Positions 29,284-42,000 of a stretch of 46,279 nt of DNA are shown here, one piece after another; within the stretch, counting starts at the first letter, position 1; every line of letters starts with the position of its first letter. The DNA lies in assembly GCA_049724395.1 (NCBI GenBank), contig JAUGWO010000150.1, positions 62,001 through 108,279 on the forward strand. Direction: 5' to 3'. The DNA is from Spongospora subterranea f. sp. subterranea (lineage: Eukaryota). The translations under genes were made by a program, and so were the position numbers. A model generated the notes under the pieces. That model was not told where the DNA came from, did not search any database, and worked only from the letters and a program-made list of their open reading frames with translations.

Positions 29284-29315
29284 AAGATGAGGGGGCTGCG
29301 CAGCGCCCTCATCTT
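29284..29315. repeat. 32-bp near-perfect palindrome/hairpin
   Basis: AAGATGAGGGGGCTGC|GCAGCGCCCTCATCTT, with one mismatch. Confidence 0.85.
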
Positions 29316-29591
29316 CACTCACACTGACAACACAAAACACATTTTACTTCAAGACAACATAGGTAGGTCACGAGGCATGTGATCAAGAGCTGAGAGGGAA
29401 AGAAGAATTTCATCCGAAATCTCATAGCCCACAACTTGTCGTTCGTCATGGAAGTGCTGCCAAATTCTCCTCTCCCACCTATTCAACTTTGCTGCTGTAA
29501 TTCCGTTCCGCATTTGATATGTGCGTTGGTCTACTGTAATTACTCTAATTTAATCGGACACGAAAAAAATATCACAACATGCTGAATAACG

Positions 29592-30089
29592 TGTTGATTG
29601 CTTTTCAGAACCAATATCGTAGGAAAGAGGAACATTCAACCTGCCATGTTTGGTTCAATCTGTTTATGACACCCAAATAATGGCGGGTAGTTATTTAACA
29701 TATAATTAAACACGAGAAGACCAGAGAACACAAAAGGATTTATGAATATAGCACGCAAAATATGAAAGCACGATCGAAGCCGGATCGGTTGAATCAGTTG
29801 ATGTGTACTCTAACTCCCTGTCAACATTCCCCTCTCAACCGAATCCGGTTCAAAAGAGGGGTGTGGGACACAGCAAATTCTGCGCTTAAAATTGTAAAAT
29901 AACTGCTTGCCCAGCGACTGTGTCAAGATATCCGCCAAATTGTCGGTACTGGCAACATAAGTTGGGTCAGCCTGTTCAGACGAAACAATGTCACGAATGA
30001 ATTGTTCCCTGAGTGCTATGTGTTTCATTTTGGAATGATTGATTCACTCTTACTAAATGCAATCGCTCCCTGGTTGTCCTGAATGGGTA
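29592..30089 (-). mobile_element. 3' end of a Ty1/Copia LTR retrotransposon (RNase H C-terminus, PPT, probable 3' LTR 29592-29826)
   Basis: QDNQGAIA...KMKHIALREQFIRD...NLADILTQSL. The PPT GAGAGGGGAA abuts TGTTGA, and a matching TCAACA end lies at 29592 (the LTR end is tentative). Confidence 0.85.
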
Positions 30090-30213
30090 TGCTACGTCCC
30101 CACTGGAGGGCAAGGACGGACCAGAGAGAGGGAGAGAGGGAAAAAAGAGAGAGAGATTTATTAAAGAAGATTCTCAAAGAGATCATGAGTACAGTACTGT
30201 GTAGTGCAGTACA
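30090..30213 (-). repeat. Short (124-bp) 3' LTR of element A
   Basis: Starts TGTAC directly after the PPT, contains AATAAA and a CT-rich tract, and ends GTAGCA, where the Copia reading frame resumes. Confidence 0.75.
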
Positions 30214-32703
30214 TTCCCCTTTCAGAAAAAGAAATCTAGTGAAAGAAATTTAGACTGGTAACTCTTTTACAAGATGATGGTCAGAATTATCTGACAAAAA
30301 CTGTTGTACTACAGTAGGAATATCCTCTTAGCTTGGTTCTGGTCTGTCCCGGTTGGTGGCAGGTTAGGACCAGGTCAGTGTGAGACTTGAGTTCGAAAAC
30401 CCCGTGGGCAGGGATTTTGGGGAACACCCTAAGGTTTTGGCCAGCTAATACGGAAGTAGAGCGAAGGTTGAGCATGGCAGGAACGAACCTCTGGAAAAAT
30501 AGACAGCTGATTTGTAATGATGCGACTTGGGTTCAAGGCATTGTGGTGTTCCGTAAGGGAATTTTCCCCCGTGTCCTAATGGTAAGGGGGTTTTTAGTGA
30601 GTCAGGTCATGGGATCAACCTCACACTACTACAATGTCGGTCAGACTGCAGAACATTCAGCGAAGGTATCTATTGCAAGTGCGAGCTTGCTACTGGGAGG
30701 AGCTTTAGAGGCGAGAGCCGAAAAAGTGAATCTTGGCCCGATAGCCAAGGGACCGGCAAACCTGCATGAAAAATGCGAACTCAATCACAAAAAAAAAAAA
30801 AAAGGAATATCCTCCAGCATTGTATCAAAAGGTTCCCAAGTGGCGTCAGTGGTTTCAAAACCACTCCACTGGATGAGGAGGTCCAGTTGTCCAGACTCTG
30901 GATTGCGACGAATGTCGATAATGCTTGCCACTTCGAATTTGGTGGAGGATGTTACTCCTATATTATCCAGAAGAGCTGTGGTAACCTGTAAGTCACGATC
31001 GCAGTAGTATTTCAAACGTTGAGCGTGGATTTCAGTTCGCTCGCCGGTGATTAGAAATTCCACACGGTATATGTGGTCGTTGATCATACCAATAATACGA
31101 GCAGGTCCGAGCCAATTACACACGGTTTTATGTGAAAACCGCTTGATATTGGAGGCGACGAGCACGTAGTCGCCAGTTGTGAAATTGATTGGCTTAGTGC
31201 GAGCATCCTTGGAGCGGGACCGATGTTGTTGTGCACGCTGTTTGGATAAACGACCAGCGACTTGTTGATGGATGGCGTCAATCGACGATGCGAGTTGAGC
31301 CGTTAGTGACTGAATACGACCAGGAGTTACTGGGATGTCACTTACTGAATCCAAAAACGGTACAAATATCGTGGATAGTAGTGTTGTAGGATTAAGACCT
31401 GTCATGATTGTGACAGGAGAATAACCGATTGGTGGCCGTACACGTTGGTTCAAAGCCATGTTAACGATGGGGAGAATGAAAGGCCAATGGACGTCAAAAG
31501 CGAGACTACATTCAGAGAGTAGTTTCTTCAAAGTCTCAAGAATATGCCGGTTCACGATTTCCACCGTTCCGTTTGCCCATGGGGTGTAGGCCGTCGTGAA
31601 ATGTCGTGATATGTGTAGACGACTGCAGAGCTCGTCGATCACACGGGTTTTGAAGTGAGTTCCCTGATCGGACACATGTTGATGCACGATTCCAAACCGT
31701 TTGAACCAGTCGATTAGACCGGTTGCCACTGTGTGATGATCGGCAGATTCACACGGGATTAGTTCCACGAAGGCGGAGAAATCGTCCTTGATCACTAGAA
31801 TATATTGAAATGAGTGAGGAACGCCTTTCTTGACTTTAGAAATGCACAGGAAATCATAATGCAGAACACGATTAGGTTGAGTTGCATGCATTGCATAACC
31901 AAAAGAACGGGGAACGACAGACCCGTTGACCCGTAGGCAATGTAAACATTTGGAAACAAACTCGGTTATCATACTGTTCATGTTCTGCCACCAGAACCAC
32001 TTGCGGATGAGCTTGATCGAGGAGTCCGATACAAGATGACCGGATATTCCCATGTGGGCCACGACCATGATCCGAAGTTGCATTTGGAATGATGCGATCC
32101 AAAACCTAACCGGTTGATGTCTTTCATGTTTCGTTGTCAGATGGCTTCGTGGGTACATGATTCTGGAGATGATCGGACTGTAAATGAGTAGGTTCTGTCT
32201 GCAGATATGATGATTGATCCGCTGCGATGGATTCGAGAGTTGGCCATAAGAAATCTTTGGCGATGTGGTAGGCCTCGAAAGAAGCTACCAATTTCTTGTT
32301 ATAAAATGATGATGTCATCGGTGATATGGGCCACAACAGGTTCCGAAACAGGGGCTCCCATCGAGTCAGAATGTCGGCCCAGACGTTGGTGGTTCCATCT
32401 ATGTGTTCAATTACAAAATCAAACGAGCGTAATTGGAGTCGCCAGCGTTCAAGACGATCTCCGCTGGTTCGACTAACAGGAAGACTCCGACTGTTGGGAT
32501 CAAATAAGAATGTTAGGTTTCTGTGATCTGTAAGAAGACGAAACTTCTTCCCAATCAGATAGGGCTTCAAACGGGTGGCACCCTCCAACTATGGGATATG
32601 CCTCCTTTTCTATAATCGCCTAATTCAGTTGACTACCTTCAAACTGCCACTAAGACAAGCTAGCAGTTCATGGCGTTGTCGTTCCACAGATTTTCCTAGA
32701 TCC
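30090..32703 (-). mobile_element. 3' half of a Ty3/Gypsy chromodomain-bearing LTR retrotransposon (RNase H - integrase - chromodomain - 3' LTR); element A
   Basis: RNase H motifs TDHRNL and NVWADILTRW. Integrase HHCC (AHMGISGH...CLHC), DDE (HYDF, SDQGTHF, TVEIVN) and WLGP. Chromodomain FEVASIIDIR...LIQWSGFETTDATWEP. PPT AAAGGGGAA. Confidence 0.95.
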
Positions 32704-32935
32704 TGTTAGGCCCCCCACACCAGTCAATAATATCTATCCATATTACCTATATACGATATGAGTCTTCGGGCTCAGATCGTATTATTAGTTCTAGTAAAGC
32801 ACCACGTTTAGCCTCAGCCTCTGTTAGTTCCTTCTCTCTAGTTTTAGCTTAAGCCCTATAGTTCGTTCCGTCCAGGTCTTTACACAATACGATCCGCCCC
32901 TAGATTTACGCACCTTATATCCCTAATTTAAGTAC

Positions 32936-33136
32936 CTTCTTCTCCTCTCTCTCTAACCCCGGTTCCCGTACCTTCGTCTTTCTTTACCTCTAGCTCCTTC
33001 TTCTCCTCTCTCTCTAACCCCGGTTCCCGTACCTTCGTCTTTCTTTCCCTCTAGCTCCCTCTTCTCCTCTCTCTCTAACCCCGGTTCCCGTACCTTCGTC
33101 TTTCTTTCCCTCTAGCTCCTGCTTCTCCTCTCTCTA
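32936..33136. repeat. 61-bp pyrimidine-rich tandem repeat (3 copies plus a partial) inside the element B LTR region
   Basis: CTTCTCCTCTCTCTCTAACCCCGGTTCCCGTACCTTCGTCTTTCTTTCCCTCTAGCTCC-like unit with period 61. Confidence 0.93.
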
Positions 33137-33250
33137 GCCTAGGTTTACGTACCTTATTCCCCCGTTTTCTCTAATCTCTTCTTACCTTCGTCGACATGCT
33201 TAACGACCCAAGCCCCGACCACCCTGTGGCGCGGGCCCCACTCATCCCGC

Positions 33251-33396
33251 GCATTTACCCTGTCATGGTGTATTTGTATCTAAATAAACCTCACTCGGAT
33301 TTATCACCAATTGGTTGTGCAAGATATCTTGCCGATCCGAGTCATTATTGTTGCCTTACATCGTAGGCGACCATCATATTACGTCGTACGAATAGC
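33251..33396 (+). repeat. 146-bp direct repeat, copy 1 (3' part of the element B 5' LTR), followed by a PBS-like TGGTAACCCG at 33399
   Basis: Identical by eye to 36155-36300. An inverted copy lies at 42035-42168. Confidence 0.9.
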
Positions 33397-36154
33397 GTTG
33401 GTAACCCGAACGCGTTACAAAGGCCTTTACAACAAACTAAGCGTTATTGCATTTAATCTAATTTGTTTATTTTTTGCTTTGTCCCGTCATGGCCGGAGGC
33501 AAGGGCAATTTCGTTCTGGATGAGGAAGAGATGAAGGACCCAGCGGAATATTTGGAACCAGTGGAATCATTCGCGAAGGGGAGCGAAAAACCCGAATTCC
33601 AAAGCGGCGTTGGTTCAATATATAGACCAAGGTCTGGATGAAAGATTTTCCAGATTCGAGGAGCTGATATCGAAGAAATTATCATTGGTATTAACCAAGG
33701 TGATGGAACCCGATCATATTCCCCCAAATATCCAGCAGGAGGTTAAATATAAAATCGACACACCCGAGTCGCCGGAGGTTCTTGTTAGGCACGTCAAGGA
33801 TATACCACTGAAAGGACTCCCGCGTTTTTTGCCGAGCACATATCTCAGGAGGACGCTTGTCGCCTGGTGGGCCATAAGGTTAGCCCCGAGCCATTCGGAC
33901 CAAGATGTCTTAGTATGTCGCTTCCTGAAGTTCGAGGAGTTTGATTCCAGCTTTCGCATACTCACAGATGTCTATGACGACACTGCTCGGGGATCAGCAT
34001 TTTTACGCTGCCTCAATGGGCCGGTTCAAGCTCGGGCGATTCGGTTGGGAACCACGTCATATAAGGCCTTACGATCAGGACTGGCGGCGGCTTATCGAGA
34101 CCAACCGGGGGTACAGCAAGCGCTTATATTGGAAATGCAGGAGCGGTTTGGACGGATTTCACGACAAGCTGGTGAGCCCATATGTGATTTTATTACGCGA
34201 TTCAAGGATTTGTGGGAAAAAACAAAGTTATTGCCAAACCAATGTTACCTCCACGAAGCAACCATCTGTCGTCAATTTGTTGATTCGTTCGCATTGATTG
34301 ATCCGGAATTTTATCAGCACTTGGCTCGGAATGGCGTCCGCCAAGTGGCTCAGCTTAAGATGGTTACAGATATGGTTACTGACCTATGGTCACGAGAGCT
34401 GCAGGCGCGAACGGTGTTGAGAAATCTCAAGAAGGAATCGGGAGTCAGTGGTCGAGCCAATATTTTACCGGCGTCTAAAGCCTCCATTGTACCACCGAAA
34501 TCAAACCCCGGCTCAGGAAGCGGTATGGTATGGTATACAAAGGTTCGCGGGTTCTTATGGGTCGGGTAATCCTGTGTACTACCAGGTTTTTCCCTACTTC
34601 CGCCTGGCCGCTACAAGTAGCTTGGGTATCCACTGAAGGAACCTATTAAACCAGCTGGATTAAGCAACATAACCTGTCCTAACGACCACACCGAATGGGA
34701 CCTGCCCCCACCCGATTACATTGTCTATCCAGAGTTTTTCGAGTTTTACTGCAAGCAGCTCTCCCTCCCACATTCACCCGAGCCATGTGGTCAGACCCAT
34801 TTATTTTAACGAGGTTATTCTCCTCGGCACTTCATGATTACCCGGATTAGTGCGTTAAGGAAATAAAGCTTTTTAGAGAGGTGTATGCTTGACCTCTTCG
34901 GCATCACTGACCAATCTCATCATCTAAGAATCGAAGTCCGGACCTCAGCGTTGCTAGCCACGGAGCTCACCCATTAGGCTAACTCCTCAGATAACTACTC
35001 AGGAAGCGGCGATGTTCCAAGCACCACAATTAATGGCCAGCGGACCCTAATATGCTTTAGCTGTAACGGTCCTCATCATCTTCGGGATTGCCCCAGTACG
35101 TCGGAGCAGGAGCGGCAGCGAGCCATTGAGCGAAAGTTCGGGAAAACCAAGTCGTCGAATTCGCCGCCGGTCGTTCGCCGAACATTGCTTCAGGAGCTTC
35201 CCGAGAACTTCGCTGTCGTGATTCAGCCCACGTTAAGGAGTCATTCTCCTCCACATACGCGAACCATGTGTGTGAACCAGCCATTGCTTATGTCCCGTCA
35301 TCACAGGGGCCATTTTCCACCTTTCAAACGGATTTAGGTATCAAATCCGTTCCAATAAACTATTCGCAATTATAGTTGCCAACAAAACCATTTTTTGCCT
35401 GCAAAGTCTCGGTGCTTGCCCCTGACAGTCGCTATAGGATGGTTCAAAGCTGCCTTATGTTTTAGACTATGGAGCCGAAGCGGTCGTACTGTCTTGTCGA
35501 TATGCAGACAAATTATTGTCACGGTGCCCTATGGCGATCAAAAGCCGTGTTGACGCGGATGGCGGCTATATTATTTTTGGTGCTCGTCAATTCCCGGTTA
35601 AGGTGGAGGGCGTCATTATCTTCGATTTAGTAGTTACGACGGCAGTTGGCCGTATTCACCTTGAGAACATTGCATTTCAGTTGGTTGACGTGGAACTACA
35701 GGAAGTATTCCTGAGCCGCTCGATTTTGGATCGCATTGGTCTGGATTTGGAGAGCCTATTCGGGAACTTTCGGAGTCATGCCCAAGATTTGACGTTGCGT
35801 CATTGAATCCAGCTGGCAACATGCAAAGGTTACGACGAATTCGTGATGTTTCTCCTGCAGCTGATTCCGTCAATACATCAATGGAGCGGATGGATGACGA
35901 ATTTGAAACTGAGATTTCCATCCCACAAGATCCACAGGCGTGGAAAGCAATGAAAGATGCGGTGGTGGAGGCTGCTGAAGCTTTACCCGTGGAATTCAAG
36001 CCAGAATTACGACAAATGTTATTAGATGAATTCGCCGATATTTTTCGAAGCGGCCTCTCGGCGGATCCGCCGATCAAGATCCCTCCTCTATCTATACCAG
36101 TTGATTGACGGCGCTAAGGCGTTCCGATGATGCGCCCACTCATTATCAGTTTCT

Positions 36155-36300
36155 GCATTTACCCTGTCATGGTGTATTTGTATCTAAATAAACCTCACTC
36201 GGATTTATCACCAATTGGTTGTGCAAGATATCTTGCCGATCCGAGTCATTATTGTTGCCTTACATCGTAGGCGACCATCATATTACGTCGTACGAATAGC
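36155..36300 (+). repeat. 146-bp direct repeat, copy 2 (remnant 3' LTR of element B)
   Basis: GCATTTACCC...GAATAGC, identical to 33251-33396. Confidence 0.9.
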
Positions 36301-36479
36301 TATCTCCAATCTCACACCGTATATCGCAAAACCATCTCTCCTTGCGTACTTTAAAAGCTTTTAATATATTAATAAATATATTAATAAATTAATATATTTA
36401 TCAATAGTCGGTTCGTGCTGTGGATTTCTGCGTTTTCGGCGCTGTCCATTTGCGTCTCCCGATATGTTCATCAACGATC

Positions 36480-36970
36480 GCATCGCCCATGAACGGCGGT
36501 GTTTGCTGACGGTGACAAGTTTGGCCATGTTCCAGTTCCTGTTGGACTGAGCCGATGTTGACGCCAAGCGCGACGCTCGGTCGAACTCCCTTGACGGTCG
36601 CCAGCCGCTTTCGTGTGTGCAAAATCGGGCCATTGCAACTGTGCCGATTTGAGCGGCAATAGCCCACTGATGAATGATGCAAGGATCGTGTTTCCTCACA
36701 ATTCGTTGTGATTTTAGAGTTGGCCCGTTCCTGTTCCACAGGTCGTTTGGAATTTCAAATATCTTGTCGAAGCAGGTAGACCGGCGTTAATCCTGGCCCT
36801 GATTTATCGACAATTGCGAGTAAGGTCGTCGGTGAACGAGGTCTTATCGAGAGTTGATCACTTGATTCAGTGTGGGTATCGGGGAACTGCTGCTGGACAA
36901 TGACGCCAATGTCAACGCCGCCGACATCAGAGGACGGACCGCCGTCATGTTCGCTGCGAAATGGGGGAAG
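36480..36970 (+). pseudogene. Ankyrin-repeat gene fragment
   Basis: ELLLDNDANVNAADIRGRTAVMFAAKWGK followed by a GTATG donor. An upstream frameshifted repeat reads MFQFLLD-ADVDAK...GRTPLTVAS. Confidence 0.75.
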
Positions 36971-38807
36971 GTATGTTTCGACACCGCTTTTGTTGATCAC
37001 GAGAGTCTCAATTTATACGATTATGTTGTTGTTGTTATTGTTGGGTGGGTTTCTTTCTTTTTTTCATCGTTGATGTCGGTTGTACCTTGACAATATATTG
37101 GCCATATCGCCACACACTGGACCGTGTGTTGTCTCGATCTCGGGGCAGCGCCGCTCTCGTCGTCGACGGCTAGGTGTCTCAGATTTACGTGAATAGTGAG
37201 TGATTGGATCCAATGGCGCGTTCACTGTTCGTTGACAATCTGCCAAAATTTGCAATCACAAACAAATTAACTAGATGACGACGCATCGCATTGTCTTGTC
37301 AGCCCGACCAACAGACATTTACGAGTATTTTCTAATGTCTCGTGGGAATTTATACGTTGACAACAGGGCTTTGATTCGGACCCAATTTTAATCATTTGCA
37401 GTGTTCTGCACGAAGTTGAATCAGCACAATGTTCTGTGGCGTCGTGTGCTCGATCGAGACGCGAGGACTTGTGCTGGCGACATTTCAACGCAAAAACTCA
37501 CCGTGCCGGGAAAGCATCCGTACAGGCCGTTCAAGGTGTTGCGCCGGATAGGTAATCGAGGCTGGTACTCAACGCTCTGAGGTCCAAAGACGCCACACGT
37601 CGCTCTTACATCGAAGAGCATCAAGATTTGACTGCAGCGGCCGCTACAGGCTCAATTTATGCCCAACGAAAGCTGAAACCAGCGTCGTCATGTGTAATCA
37701 TGATTGGAATCTTCTAAAGCCGCACATACTCTGTTTGTCTGTCAGACTTGGCTTTCGAATTTTGTCCAGTATCGCCACTTGGAAACAAGAGGTTTAGAAT
37801 TGGAAAGCTCGGTATACGGGTTGGTGATATGGGATGGATGTTTCGGAAGCACGGTGCCCATCATGTCGACAATGTGAAACTCCTGTTCTGCAGAAAACCC
37901 ATACAACTTTTGCATGAGACCAACGCTGTGCAATTGCTGTTGACTTAAGGCCCGATCGATTGCGGATTCAACGTCATGAACAGGATATGACAGGACGCTT
38001 CTTCCGTCAAATCATTTCCAGATATCAGAGGTCCATAACATCTTCACAAAAAACAAAAACATTTCCTATTTCGAACTAGTCAGATGGAGTCACCAGCCGA
38101 TCTCCAGCCCAAATACCTCCTTGCGAAGTGATGCCAACCGCTTATCCAAATTTGAATGTCCGACTTTGGTGGATGTTTTGGACTCGGCTTTTGGAGTTGA
38201 CCACAGGTTAGTGGTATGAAAGGGGACTTTGAGATTGGTGTAGTCACGCTGTAGAAATTGTGTGGATGCGAAGCCGCAATTAAGGGCGATTAGAACAGTA
38301 CCGTGCTCAGCAAGCCATAAGCACACCCTTTGCAAAAGCACACACGTACAATGCCAAACGGCGAGGTTTCAACAGAAGGGAAAACAGCCAGATACGGAAT
38401 AAAATTGAAGCACATGGAGAGATATTCAATACAGCGCTCATTTGAAATAAGCTGTTGATGATTATTCCCGATGATGGAAGGACTGCGAAGGATGAGGAAT
38501 TGACAAAATTGTGGAGGCCAGAGTGAGCAATTCATGAACCTGTAGAGGCCAAAATGATGAATTGCTGAATTTATGGAGACCAGAATGACAGGGTTCTAGT
38601 TGGAAATCTGAGTTCAATATATTGTTGTTTTGACTCCAACCTGCTTCTGTCAAAATGTTGTTGTAATGACAAATGAGTCCGACGACTTGAAACAAAGAAG
38701 AGTAGAGCGACCTACATTAAAATCGTTGAGGACAACTTTGTTAACCCCCCTTTCAGGGAAGAGCAGAACGAACCCGTTGATGAGATTCAATTCGACATCA
38801 TCGACAA

Positions 38808-38965
38808 ACAATAGAGAAGATCCACTTGATGATGATAATGGCGACAATCGACAATCAAAATAGAGAAGTATCGGTGGATTCAATTGATGAAGATAAAGGC
38901 GACAATCGTCAATCAATAGAGAATAATCGGGTGATCCACTTGATGATGATAATGGCGACAATTGA
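38808..38965. repeat. Degenerate ~57-bp tandem repeat (~3 copies)
   Basis: GATCCACTTGATGATGATAATGGCGACAAT at 38819 and 38933, with a diverged middle copy and recurring AATAGAGAA. Confidence 0.8.
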
Positions 38966-39004
38966 CTGTTACTGTTTATTTATATTTTGTCGGCAATGAC
39001 ATAT

Positions 39005-42000
39005 AGCAATACGTTGGATTGCCTTTGAACTTTGAGCAATGTTTCATCGCGAATGCACGTCGGATCCTATTTCGCCATTCAGCATCATCGGGACTGCCGC
39101 GAATAATTTTTACGCATCGATGAACCGCATCGTTTCATGAACATCAACGATTGAAATTGAATTTCATCCTCATTCTTGTGAATTTGCCGAACTGGCATGA
39201 ACCAGCGGGATCGCTTGAAGGATCGATGTCTGGAATAATTCAGTCTGACGGGTTCTTCTGCATTTGCCGAAAGGTTGGGCGATCAGGTCATTGAAGAACG
39301 ATTTGACCAACACATTGCTCATTTTGAAACCATTCGCTGATCATGCGCATCATTGCATCAAAAGACGCATTGTCACGATTGAAGGTCGTTTGAAAAGCTG
39401 ATTATCGGCAATCTATTCGTTCTGAATGGAAATGGCCGGCTTTCAATCATAAATTCGACCTCAACTCATTGTCTTTCTGAGATTGCCGAGTCGCCAGACT
39501 ATCATGCGAAGATTCACTGACTTGTCTTCGACGGACTGATCCCACGACGGGCTGTTCATATGGCTAATGATCGTTTCCATCAGGCCAACAAATCATCGAG
39601 CTTCCGATTCAAGACCGATGCACAAACTGGTTTTGCAGTTTTTCCAAATGCGTGTCGTCAATTCGTGGCGACCTTGAATTTGACAGTTCCAGGCATTAAA
39701 ACGCCATCGCCGATTTGCAACATTGTATTGCACGAGTATTATATCAGTTTTAGGACAGATCGTTCATGAAAACAACGATTGAACCCGACTGTTCCAGAAA
39801 GTGCAATTTACTTGATGAGGAGCATCTGCAAAAATTTTACACCGCGTCAGAACCAGTAAATATTAGTATTAAACTTTCATCGGAAATCTGCCTGTGGTCA
39901 TGCATCCTAATCCTGGATAGTGCCGCATCCCAAAAAAATCCGATCCATCTCATTTCATGAACGCAGTTCGATCAGCTTCCTTCGTCACGTTGCGCAATGT
40001 GCATTTCAACAGACCTGGTTACATGACATCGACTCTTCGAATGGTTAATTCCCACGTATGAACTTCCAACGCGATCGAACACCAGCTGCATGAATGGAAC
40101 GCTGCGGGAAATTGATCCACTCTGACTGGGAAATTCGCATCCTGACCCTGAATCCGTTTTTTCAACGCCACTGCGCATCTCCATGGTGACGTTGATGTTC
40201 ACAATTCCTATGATCTGTGCCCACAATTTACTTGCACCAAATTGGTTCATTATGGAAGTTCGGGTCAGCACCAAACACAATAAACCAATGCTTTCATGGA
40301 CATCGATGCGAATGCCTGCAATTGATCGCTCAAGGCCGATGCCAGATGAGCTTCCTGCGGATGGCAAATCCTGGACCTGAGGAATCCAAGTGGCAATTTC
40401 ATAGATGGCCAACATAGAACTTGCGTTGGCAGCCGGTCTCGGCAGGCCTGGCCGACACCGTGACGCATTTCGCCGCCGTCAAGTCGTCCCGTACCGATCC
40501 GTGATTAAGCAAGAACTCGCACAGGAAAGAAGCAACGGCATCTTCGAAATGTAAATTCAAGCTTCAAGCATTGCAAGAACCTTTCCAACATGCATCAGCA
40601 ATTTCGGAGTGTTCCGTTATCCAGCAGCGCCGGCAGAATCATTGGTTGCATCTTAACGATGTGTCATGAAGTCTTCACCGCACGGTGGTACTTGATCTCG
40701 CTGGATGCCCGCAAGGCACGTGATTTGCTTTCAACCACATCCAATCCAAACTCGGATGACTTCCATTCCTGAAATTGTAATGAGATCGATTGGACCGGTC
40801 GTGACAGCATCTAAACACAATAGGACAGATCGACGGGTCGAACACTGAAAATCATCCCTAAAACTTGCGTTCAGTCAATACCAGCCGCGATTTTGATCTG
40901 CCAGAATGACATAACGTAGAAGCTTTAAGATCACATCGCTCACTGATTCAAAAATTTCATGCGATTGCATGTATCATGCACGCTTGGAATCGTCAGTTTT
41001 TTGACACAAGTTGCCTTCAGAACACGAATCGCCCAGATCAAAGTTCGAAATAGGAAAAGACGAACCTGATTCCAATGTCCGTCCATGGCCTATGCGATCA
41101 GATCGACCTCTCCGATACGTTTGAGATTCCCAGGTTGCACAAACGTTCAGGAATGAGCACCTCAATGGCCCAATATCATTGTCAAGGATTTCATCTTAAC
41201 TGTGCACTTGCATTGTAATAGCAACCCTGGGCCGGAACAACTTGTCGAACAAACAAATCTGTTTTCATCTTTGAATCGAACTTCGTTCGAACGATATCAA
41301 CCACAAGCCAACTGAAATAACGACGGCATTTTCGCCATTCAATCGAATGTCATCGTTGAATCTCAACAGAAGCCGAACCAATGGCAATGCTTATGCGAAC
41401 AGATTTTCGGATTCAGTTTGGTATCTGGAAGCCATCTGATATCATTGGCGGTTACGTTGACGTCAAGTCCGAATGAACCCAGCAAAGTCCATCCTTCATA
41501 AACCGGCCTCGAAGCGTTCATCTCCATCGTTTTGATGCGAATTTAAGCGTGATTTGCACGATCAGCCATTAGGCCTAAACGATTCATCTTGGTGCAGGCA
41601 TCATCGGCATTAACTGGAAACTTCGATTTGCAGTCAGTTCGAATCGAAACCTTGTCGAATCAGCGATAGTTGCAGTCGCATGCGCATGGCATGCTCAACC
41701 GATTTGAAATGAAGGTTGTCTCATGCGAGCATTGGTCGATAGACAGTTGGTGTCATGATGACCGTCTTCCATTCCGGAATCAGAACCAACGTCCAAGCCT
41801 TCGGGAGTTCATCGGACGCAATAATCGTTGCGGTTCGATCCGAATGCCTGGAGTAACGCTAAAATTGCGCCGAAAAACTTCCGACAAGGACCACATCGCG
41901 AATGCCGATATATTGATCAACAAATTAATTTCATGCGCCTGCTATCGTTCAATAGAGCATAACTCCAAGCTTTTTCTTCTACCCTTTGTCTCAGGAGAGC

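Larger units (their letters stand above)
32704..36300 (+). mobile_element. Internally deleted Ty3/Gypsy element B (LTR, gag, CCHC knuckle, protease, start of RT, 3' LTR fragment)
   Basis: Starts with TGTTAGG exactly where element A breaks. Gag-like RQAGEPICDFITRFKDLW, knuckle CFSCNGPHHLRDC (~35053-35091), protease-like LDYGA (~35462), FADIFRSGLSADPPIKIPPL, and terminal direct repeats. Confidence 0.85.

Noticed and set aside
36361..36405. AT-only quasi-palindromic tract
   Set aside because: Low-complexity sequence with no evidence of function.
37740..38800. Chain of short minus-strand ORFs as a DNA transposase relic
   Set aside because: No DDE motif or terminal inverted repeats could be identified.
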